From contig MQRK01245452.1 in the NCBI GenBank assembly GCA_001938485.1, positions 1 through 64,000 of the forward strand: a DNA stretch of 64,000 nucleotides, given 5' to 3'. Shown here one piece after another: positions 23,701 through 33,782 of this stretch; position 1 is the first letter of the stretch, and each line of letters opens with the position of its first letter. Below the pieces are notes generated by a model, which saw nothing but the letters and a program-made list of their open reading frames with translations, made no database searches and had not been told where the DNA came from. This DNA comes from Girardia tigrina (Eukaryota). Both the position numbers and the translations under genes were made by a program.

Positions 23701-26646
23701 TTCATCTAATTCAATGTATATATTTAACGGAACCTCCGTCAACAAAAAAGGAAGATATAGGGTAATCTCTGAAATCCCCTGGACTTTCATAATCATCTTG
23801 AACTTTTTCCACCAACAAATCCATAAAATTAATTTTTCAACACAAATACCCCTTGATAGATATTATTTAAACAAATAATTATACATATTTTTTCATGTTA
23901 AATATTTACTTTAATAAATAAATTTAACATGTAACAAATATTATATTTATTTTTATTACACCGGTTTGAGATTTATGAAATAAATAGTTCATCAATATTA
24001 AAAAAATAAGTGAATTTAATTTAGATTAAATTTGTTTAAATAAAATGTATTAGACATTTTTATAGATAAATAAAACTTGAAAACTGATGTTAGCTTTTAT
24101 TATTGATAACATGGAAGATGTTCCAAAAACATCTAACAAAAGGTATTATAAGCTTTAACAGTAGTAAAAAATGTTCAGCGGATAAAATTAAACTGAGTTG
24201 TAGAAATCGGTGCATGCAAAGACAATAATTATTCCTCACATCACATTTCAAATTTAAAACGCAATCTTTGTAAAAAAAATATTTTTAAAATATAAATATT
24301 TATAAATGACGTAATTATAAAATAGATTAAAACACAATTTTAGTAAATTTGCGACTCATCATGAGTAATTTAATTGATATCATATGAAATTAATTTAACT
24401 CTTAAAAATGCATAGTCATTGAAAGGACTATTCACTTGAAAGATGAAATTTGGTCCAAATTGAAACAAATCCAACTGATGTCGATACATTCAGCTTTAGT
24501 ACATTCAAATGAGTAACTAAGATAACATTAAAATATTTTCGATGAATTAATGATTATTAATTAAACAATAATTTAAATTCAATCCACAAAATTAATATAG
24601 CCAAACTATTGTGTCTATACTGTTGGATTAGAAAATAATATATAATCATTACAATTGAAATATTTGAAAAAAGGCAAAACTTAAAAATATCTACTTCCTT
24701 CAACTTTTTTTTCACAACTTAAAAAACCTTACACCCAAAATGTCAAAAACAAAAATAAAACGATTAAAAATATCTTTTCAAATATCTCAAAGAGAACAAA
24801 AACAAAATAACGAATGATAATATGGATAAACTGAAAAATAGCAGGTCTTAAGTAAAACAGTAAAAATTACGAAAGATAATACATAAAATTTAGAGAGTAC
24901 ATCAAAATATTTAACCCTTTCCAGTCCATTGTTGCCATATGGCAACATATATGAAAAATTAAATTACAGTTATCTATTTTACCCAATTTAAATTTTACAC
25001 ATAATAATAGTTTCTAAAAATTCTAATAGATGACACTACATGTATTAGAATTCAAAAAAGCACGATTCTCACTTGTTTCATAGCAATTTAAATCAACATT
25101 GGGTTTTAAATCAACAATTTTTTTTACAAAATAATAATTTTGGCTTGAAAGGGTTTAAAGAATGGCTTAAGATAAAATATAACCTAACAACCTATTGTTA
25201 ATAAAAAAGGTTATGGATAATTTGCTTTCACAAAAATAATTTTTTAAATCTCAAAAAAAGGACACAAAAAATGATATTGGTTGGATTCAGAATTCCAGAA
25301 AGAGAGATTTTATGAGACCCCAGAGAAGATTTACCCAGATCATATCAATGAAGTTTGAAAACAGGATTTAAATTTTTTTCCATAAAGTCACTTATGAAAA
25401 ATGAGCGAAACTCTAATTGTGGTGAAAAATTTACTTTAAATTAATCATCAACAATTGTTTTTAAGTCTTAAGCAATAAGCCTAGGGAGTATTTTATATTT
25501 TAACATATTGTATAACTTAATAAATAGAAAAAATTATTGTAAATGTAACTGCATTTATAAAAAGTGCAGTATCTAAGTAGCACTTTTAAGGGCGATTATT
25601 ATACATAATTGATTGTGATATAATTTCGAACCTTTTGACTTAATTAAAAAATTAGGATTAAAAAAAATAAATAATGCCGAGAATAAAAACTAAATACTTT
25701 TACCTTCACACATTCTTTCAAGAGAAGAAACAAAATATTCATCACAAATTATTGCCAGTGAAATGAAAAGGTAAATTGATACAGCAATGTGAAATATAAT
25801 TCCTCCTTCTTTCTTTTGTTTTTGTGTCAAAAAATCATTCGGAAACTGCTCAACAGACCGAGGTGTACAATTATTAATTTGAAGAAGACTTCGATGAGGT
25901 CCATCTTAAAATTAATGAGCAAAAATTAATAACTAAAAATTGCTGTTTAAATACGAAAAGTGAATATAGAGTTAACTATTCAAAGTGCTTTTACATGCAC
26001 TACCGTGCAATATAAAGTAAAAAGTTTTTCTCAGTTGAATATTCGGCGATTACAAAGTTTTATTATAGTAATTTTTCAAATTTGAAAAATGAATGAATTT
26101 AAAATTCTGTTTATAGTCTTAAGCTCTGAAATTTCTTTTTTACTCGATTTGAGGTAGTATTTCCCTGTTCTCCGAGTACAGTGTTTAACAAAATATTTTA
26201 TTTACATGAACATAATATATTTCAATTCAATTGCATGATTTAATATTTTTGACTAAAGTTTGATTATAACAGATTCATATTAGATTTTAGTACATACTGA
26301 ATATTGAAACATAATTAAAAATAATATTTTTTCAAAAATAATTTATTTACATAGGATAAATTATAAATCTTGATTTTCGCTAAGTATCTGTGACGTTCTT
26401 TAATATTAACTTTTTTAAAGAAAAATTTGTTAAAATTACTACAGTATATAAACTATAAAATTTATCTAATATTAAAATTCCAATTGAAAAACACTATCAA
26501 ATAACGAGTAAAACTATAATAAACTTACGTATCGTAATCTCAGGCAATAAATAAGCTTTAATTTCTAAAATAATATAATATCCAACAAGTAAAGAAAAGT
26601 ACACAAAAAGAAATTTCAGATAAGTTTCTCGATAACTTTTATGCAT
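9061..26646 (-). CDS. SLC24 (NCKX): K+-dependent Na+/Ca2+ exchanger (SLC24/NCKX family), 9 exons, about 507 aa
   Basis: Exons: 26529-26646, 25704-25904, 21549-21632, 21401-21504, 20775-20875, 17483-17745, 17221-17436, 13387-13488, 9061-9395. All introns are GT-AG and phase-consistent; the total is 1524 nt. Motifs: [15 protein letters not shown], alpha-1 [37 protein letters not shown], alpha-2 LAAGTSIPD and [16 protein letters not shown]. Confidence 0.93.
10255..11060 (+). mobile_element. Decayed non-LTR (LINE) reverse transcriptase fragment
   Basis: LFVDL(frameshift)KAFDSV at about 10375-10410 is the RT motif FVDxxKAFDSV. The rest is heavily mutated. Confidence 0.6.
11670..12056 (-). mobile_element. 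DINE-1/HINE-like non-autonomous element
   Basis: Sub-terminal inverted repeat TCCATTCTTT (11688) / AAAGAATGGA (12042). The 5' end has TTAGCTT followed by (TA)n, and the core motif GATGACAATA is shared with the 5.4 kb element. Confidence 0.6.
12068..12990 (-). mobile_element. Decayed mariner-like element
   Basis: TA-CACAGTGTGGCAATTAAATTCCAAGACTG terminus. The minus strand has DKTWVCQCD (the DETWVY equivalent) and a degenerate mariner C-terminus. Confidence 0.6.
13986..16297 (-). mobile_element. Full-span defective mariner element carrying a nested solo LTR
   Basis: TIRs TTAGGGTGAACCAAAAG / CTTTTGGTTCACCCTAA with TA flanks. Transposase pieces: [72 protein letters not shown]. Confidence 0.92.
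14585..15634. mobile_element. Probable solo LTR (TG...CA) with a 5-bp TSD, containing a Tigger-like 3' fragment
   Basis: GTCTG direct repeats at 14580-14584 and 15635-15639. Removing the insert restores the mariner frame (SNPD|QQNQW). The internal 14950-15350 region encodes SSWQEMLP and [12 protein letters not shown], resembling a Tigger C-terminus. Confidence 0.7.
18171..18630 (+). mobile_element. DINE-1/HINE-like non-autonomous element
   Basis: T-run, then subTIR AGCGCAATTTCC (18177) with an adjacent AATTGCG inverted repeat and a (GGAT)n microsatellite. The partner GGAAATTGCGCT (18598) is followed by a short tail ending in a T-run. Confidence 0.7.
19501..19886 (+). mobile_element. DINE-1/HINE-like non-autonomous element
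   Basis: subTIR TACAAGCTTT (19506) / AAAGCTTGTA (19857), followed by the hairpin ACCAAAAATTTTTTGGT. The core AAATCTTGCGAT...CCACTT...TGACAATAC is shared with the 5.4 kb element. Confidence 0.7.
20170..20620 (-). mobile_element. Decayed mariner transposase 3' fragment
   Basis: The minus strand gives [10 protein letters not shown] followed by a frameshifted [10 protein letters not shown]. Confidence 0.65.
20725..20769. repeat. (AT)n microsatellite directly after the NCKX exon 5 donor
   Basis: Direct reading. Similar (AT)n tracts lie near 11993, 33741, 38451, 50388, 51209 and 54931. Confidence 0.95.
22880..23830 (-). mobile_element. Ty3/gypsy-like gag-protease fragment
   Basis: A gag-like ORF, a degenerate zinc knuckle WYKCKQL*HIAKYC, and the aspartic protease motif LIDSGCSKT. 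Imperfect direct repeats of about 60 bp lie at 22811-22873 and 23871-23934. Confidence 0.8.
24915..25153. mobile_element. piggyBac-like MITE
   Basis: TTAA-CCCTTTCCAGTCCA ... TGGCTTGAAAGGG-TTTAA, with an internal perfect palindrome TGTTGCCATATGGCAACA. Confidence 0.7.
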
Positions 26647-26943
26647 TTTTTTTTGAAAAAAATTTAAAAATAAATTCCGTTCAAGAGACCCTTTCACTTT
26701 GACCTCCACAGTTTATAACACTTAATTTAAATAAAATAACGTTAATTGATAACATCCTTCAAAAAAAATTAATTTAAAACAACCTTTACAAAATTTTCAT
26801 ATAATTTTTGATCATTTACGAAAATCATGTCCGATTAAAATAATTTCAAATAATAAATTTCACACAAAGAAAATTAAACAAAGTTTACTGATTTGTTTAA
26901 ATAATTCAAATGATTGTGTAAATTAGAAAGTGAAAAAGAAAAA
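26647..26943. promoter_or_regulatory. Putative bidirectional promoter and 5' UTRs shared by NCKX and UCK
   Basis: The divergent ATGs at 26646 (-) and 26944 (+) are separated by 297 bp with no recognisable TE. Confidence 0.6.
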
Positions 26944-29900
26944 ATGTCAACCGAAAAAACAATTCCAAAACCGTTTATAATCGGAATTTCGGGTGGAACG
27001 GCGTCGGGAAAAGTAAGCAAATCGTTGAAATTCAAATAATGTTTACAATTTCCGATCGTTATTAGTCGACATTGACAGCGAAAATTTCGCAAACATTAAT
27101 CGCCAGTTGTAACAGTAATATTTGCATAATTAGCGTTGATTCATTCTATAAAAATCTGAATGAATCCGAGAAACAATTGGCGATTGATGGGAAATATAAT
27201 TTCGATCATCCAGGTAGAATAGTATTCGTTTAATAACGAATGTGATAATAAAATCGATTTTCGATTGATTTAAATTAGACGCATTCGATTTTGTGGAGTT
27301 GAATAACGTTCTCGAAACGATTTTGCGACGAGAGAAAGCGGTAATCCACGATTACGATCACCAGACTTTCGAGAGGTTCGATTGTTTGAATGATGCGATT
27401 AACATCGGTTATTTTGGATTGAGAGAGATTTACGAGAAATTTTCTATTTTGTTTTTATACAAATGATTGAAAAAAAGATTTACAGACCCTTAATTATTAT
27501 AAATTATTTTTAATTAATTTATGATTTTTACCACGTTTTACTTAACTTGCTTTGGGTTCTGTCTGTCTTTCTGTTTGTTTGTGATGTTTCACTTTTCACA
27601 CGCTTTTTTAGACCACTTCCACTCATCCGATCGTTCTGAAATTTTTTTATNTAGGCTTCTTCTGCCTGACATTTTGAGATTTTAGCATCTCTGCATCTCA
27701 AAAATGCTCTAATAAATTCAAATTAATTAATTTTAATTTTATATGGACTAAATTGAAATATAAAATTTATAAATTATAAAATTAAATCTTGGTATACTAC
27801 TTATAATAATAAGTAGTATAATAATACTACTAAAAAANNNNNNNNNNNNNNNNNNNNNNNNNNNNNNNNNNNNNNNNNNNNNNNNNNACCTAACCAAAAA
27901 CGTGGGGCATAGAAATAATCGATTGTTACTAAAAAGCAGTAAAGAGGAAATAGCAGTTACTAATAGCAGTAATTCAGAAATCCGCCCCACGTTTTTGGGT
28001 TAGGTACAAAATTTCGCACATGTCTAGAAAAAAATTATTTTCCTCTTTTTAGTCCATATGAAAACGTGGTTTTTAAAACTTTTTTATTTATTATTATTAA
28101 ATAATTAATTTACGCTTTTTTATGAAAAATATTTGTCAATTTTATTTTTTAAAATTATTTTTAATTGTTAAATAATAATAATTAATTTAATTAATATTTA
28201 GTATTTTTTAGTAATTTTTTTGAACTTAATAATAAACTTAATTAAATTTTAATTAATAACTAATATTATTTTAATTTATCAGTTTTTAATTAATATAATA
28301 TTTTTTATTTATTTTATTAAGTAACAATAATTTATTAATATTTAATTAAATAATAATTATTTTATTATTAAATAGTATTTAATTTTTAATATATTTTTAT
28401 TTTCTAATTATTGATTGATATATTTATTACTTAATTATTATTCAATAATATTATTTGATAAGAATTTATTTTACTATTATTTAATTAATATAAATATTGA
28501 TTTATTTTATTATTATTTAATTATTATTTTAATTAATTTATTATTTTTTATTAGTATTTATTTAATTAATTATTTACTGTTTTTATGCCATTAATTGCAA
28601 AACGAATTAGAGACATTCTAAATAATTTTTTATTCATTTATGATTATTTTTTAATTAATAAATGCGGGTGCACTACCGTACGGGCACGAGCAAATATAAA
28701 AATGTGACAATATATAAAAAAATTATCGGCATTCCAGGAAAAATAATTTTAAAATTTTGAAAAATTTCTAAAAAAATGTTCTTTAAGTCACAAAATCTTA
28801 GAAATTATTCGACTTAATTTAGGAAATATTTGTATCGCGATTTCAGAATGAAATAAATGTTTAATAATTTGTTTCATATTTTTTTAGATATGCTTAATAT
28901 AATTTTTATATTTAAAATTGAATATTTTTTTTTGGATTTTCCGCTTTTTAAAATTATTTTAGTTATTTTTTTTTTGAAAAAATTTAAATAAATTTTTCAA
29001 AAATTTAAAATTATTTTTCATGTAATGCCGACAAATGCTTCTTAATAAGAAATTATTTGTCGTTATTATTTACATAATTAATTTTATTATTTAATAATTA
29101 ATTTATATTAATTTAATTTGTAATTAATATATTTAATTTATCATTAATATTAATTTGCGATTATTTATGAATTAATTTGTGATTATTTACGAATTAATTT
29201 GTGATTATTTATTAATTAATTTGTGATTATTTATTAATTAATTTGTGCATATTAATTAATTAATTTGTGAATATTTATTAATTAATTTGTAATTATTTAT
29301 TAATTAATTTGTGAATATTTATGAATTAATTTGTGATTATTTATTAATTAATTTGTGAATATTTATGAATTAATTTGTAATTATTTATTAATTAATTTGT
29401 AATTATTTATTAATTATTTTGTGATTTTTTATTAATTAATTTGTGATTATTTATTAATTAATTTACGATTATTTATTAATTATTTTGTGATTATTTATTA
29501 ATTAATTTGTGATTATTTATGAATTAATTTACGATTAATTAACTGCTCCCAAACTTATTCTATGAATTCCTGCAAATGATTCTTGTTATTATCAACGTGA
29601 AAAACGATATAGAAAAACTTGAATCTACTTCTATTGATTAAAAAAACCCAACGGGAAAATTGCGTATTAAAAATATATTTTTTCACAAGTTGAAAATCGT
29701 GATCTAGTACATCTGTCGTGATACTTCCGGTTCCATTCCATCATAACCGTGTTAAATCTATTGATCGATATTTGATAAATAATGGTAAAGATTGACGACA
29801 AATGAGCGCGAAATTCCGGCCGATGTGAGCGTGGTGCTGGTGGAGGGCATTCTGGCGTTCTATCAGTCAAACATTCGCGACAAATTTCACATCAAGGTTT

Positions 29901-32900
29901 TCGTGGACTGTGATGCGGACACCCGCCTCTCGAGACGAGGTATGATAATCATCGATCAATTGTCCATCTCTATTGTTTATGATTTTCGTTTATCATTATC
30001 ATAAGATTGATTATCAGTTGGTAAATTTTTGAGATTCAGGAATTATTTTTGGATCAATAAATTTTGTCGATTCTCTTCTCATTCGGTGAGATTATTTTGA
30101 TTAATGTCGATTTTATTGAATATTAAATGATTGGGACAAAACAATATCGATTATTTTAAATTATTTGGTAATCAATAAAAAACGGCTACATTGAAAGTTG
30201 TTTGGATTTTTTTTTGTTTTCACAGGATTTTTTAACGTTTGATTGGTGAATAATTTTGATGCAAATAAATAAATTTTTATGGATTTTTATGTGATTTATT
30301 TCGATGAGTTTGTGATAAGCATGAATAATTGATCTTCACTGAGTGTGCAGTATTCTCAGTGACTCGAGACGTCGATCAGAACAAGCGAGACATCAGCACG
30401 ATTCTGAACAATTATTTCCAATTCGTCAAACCGGCTTTTGAGGAGTTCTGTTTGCCAGTGAGTTATTTTGATTTCTTGCATTGAAATAATGGTAAAATCA
30501 ATAAATAACTAAGCAAAAATTGCATTAAAATTGATTAATTTAAAAAATAACTTTTGTTGCAGTAAGCGCGTCCCTTTTTGATACGAATTTTGGAGCGGAA
30601 ATTGAATGTTTTTACCGAACATTTTGTCAGTTTAGGAAAAAATCATAAATAAAATATACTTAGGCTGTCCCAAAAGTCCTCAGGTGGCCTTTAAAAATTT
30701 GGACTGAATATTATTTAGACTGTCATAAATACTGTGTTAAAATTTCAAAGCATAAAATTAAAAAAAGTAAAATTTTGTTTTATTAAAGTATTGAAATTTT
30801 AAAAGTGCAGCGAATTCAAATCAAGCGGTTGTTAACAATGGAACCATATAAATGTTGCCAACTCAAATTAAAAGAGGATTCTCTGCTTCAGAAATTCTTC
30901 AGCAACTTCAGCTGGCATGGGAAGACGCAAATCACCTAGCGCTGAAAACTATTCAACAATGGTTGACTGATTTTGAAAAAAGAAAAGCGGACGTCCTTCG
31001 ACGATTCATCAAGAAGTGGCAGGTCGTCATTAATAGACGATGAAAAGATTAAAGCAGTCAAAGAAGTGATTGATGAAGCTCCAAATGCATCTTTGTGTTA
31101 TATTGAAAATGAACTTTCTTTACTCAAAAATACAGTCCACAAAATTTTGCGTGAAAAACTTCATTACAAAAAAAGTTTGCTCTGTTTGGGTCCCTCACGA
31201 ACTTTATGCTGCTAATAAACAACAACGCATTAACACTGCAAAGCATATACGCCATGTAATTTCACAGATGGGTGATGAAGCATATTCCAACATAGCGATC
31301 GAGGATGAGACATGGGTCTTTTTCCAAGNNNNNNNNNNNNNNNAAGATCACAAAGTTTGGATTCCTTCTAATGCTGTTCCACCAAAAGTGATAAAGCCAT
31401 CGCCAATGACTGATAAAAAATCTCTTGTTTTCGTAACCTTTACCTGCAACAAACGTTTTAATGCAAAAGCACTGCCATATAGTACCAAGATTGCTTATGT
31501 GAACTTTGTTCATGATACGGTGAAAAATGGAGGAAACTTAGATCTAACAGCATCAAGCTAAAGGAACTTAAGTGGTGACATGATAATGCAAGACCTCATT
31601 CTAGCAAAGAAACACCTCTTTTGAAAGAAGAATAATTGAAAAAAATTATCAATCGCCCTATAGTCCAGATTTTAATCTGTGTGTCAGATTCTTGTTTTCA
31701 AAAATGAAGAAAAGTTTTAAAAATCATGTTTTCAAATCACATGAAGAAATTGAAGAAGCTTGTAAATTCTTTTTTAATTCTTTATCAACAGAAACATTAA
31801 AAAATCANNNNNNTAAACTTTTTAACTATTGTCAGTTGGTTATTGACAACAATGGTGAATATGTTGTTGCTTAAGAAATTTTTAAAATATTTTTTTTAAA
31901 TAAATTTTTAAATTCGCTGCATCTAATTTTTTTGTTAGTTAATAATATTATTTTTTTGGTAAGTTTCAAATTTTATGCTTTGAAATTTTAACACAGTATT
32001 TATGACAGTCTGAATAATTTAGTTAAATTTGGTAAAATATTAGTGTTTTTAAAGGCAATCTGAAGATTTTTGGAACAGCCTAAGTATAATTAATAAAATT
32101 AATATTTTAAATAATTTAAAAAAGTAATTAAATTAAATTAAAGTATAATATTTATATAATTAAAATAAGTATTTGAATTAATAATTTGTACGAATCGTTC
32201 TTTTTTTTATTAATTTCAATTTGGTGCTTCAAAATTACTATAATACAGTCAACACTATTATTTCACAAACTATGTAATTTCACAGACTAAGTGACAAAAC
32301 CAAAAAATCAGTGTTGAGATCACATTTTCCATATAATTTCACAATTTTATAATTTCACAGTCATAAAAAATATAATTCTTAAAAACTAATTTTTACTATT
32401 TAAAAAACCAGCATGTTGTATTTAAAATGATAAAATCCTGTTTTAAAATATGTTTTTATAATAATTAAATTCTGAAAAGTAAAGGAGATTATTTATTGTT
32501 AGTAATTTCCTTTTCAATTTAGGAAAACTAATAACCCAATATGAAAAATTTTAACAAAAATATTTTTGTCCCTAAATAGCCTCTCAAAAATTCAATTCGG
32601 GTATTATTGCAGCATTCAAAAGAAAATACAAAACATGTTTTATAAAATGTTTCTATGAGAATTAGAAGCTTAACAAAAATTCTACAAAGATAAACCTTCT
32701 TGAATCAATAAGATTTGGGGTAAAAGCTTGGGATGAGATAAGAAAAATTACAATAAAATTTGTTGGAAACCTACTGGGTTAATTTACGATTAAGAATCTT
32801 TTGACATGAACGAGGAAACTTTAAATCATCATGAAATGAATTCCATAATTTCCGGGTTGGATATTTCACAACCAGTGACATTTGAAGAACATATTTCAAT

Positions 32901-33736
32901 TGAAAGAGAAACTGATGAAGGGAAGAAGAATGAAGTGAAACTTTTAGATAAGATTGAGAACAAAATACTAACTGAAAGATCTGTTAATAAAAAACTCTTT
33001 TATTTGGTATTTTTTTGATAAATGTTTTAATAAATTTTTATAAAAACATAAAAATTATTATGAAAAAAAGTTCCCAAATGGTTAAAGTCCCGAACGATTG
33101 TTGGTCTAATGTTTGTGCTTGGAATGAATTAGAACTGGTGAAATAGGACCATTGCGTGATTGGATGTAAAAAGGAAATTTTAGACTGAAAAATAAATAAA
33201 ATATGAGTGCATAATTGTATATAATTTTTTATATATACTCCTACAAAAAAGTGTTGGTTATGTAATATACACAACTATCAACTTTATAATTTCTCATCTG
33301 TCTTTTTTGGCGTTTTTTATGCACAAAAAAGTGAAATTATAGTGTTGACTGTATATAAATAAATTAAACAAAGTTTTCAAAAAAAAATAATTGAAAATAA
33401 ACGAAGTTTAAATGAAATCAATAACTAATAAATACAGAGGTTCCCAGAAATATATATATGATGTTCCCAACAATAAATATTTTATTAATGGAATAATTTT
33501 TTAATACAAATTATCTTAAAATGTTTTAAATTTTATCAAATATAATTAATGTGGTTCTAAATGTCAGAAATTAATTTGCTTTTAAATATTTATTTTAAAG
33601 CAAAAGTAATCTAACACATAATCGAACTTGTAAAGTAATCTAATTACAATGTAATGAAAATCATGAAGGTAATCATGAGAGAAGGTAAATTATTACAAGG
33701 AAAGTGGGTTTTCAAAAAATGATGTTGTTACCAAAA

Positions 33737-33782
<46 letters not shown>

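Noticed and set aside
29140-29540. CRISPR-like periodicity
   Set aside because: Contiguous tandem units with no unique spacers, in a eukaryotic context.
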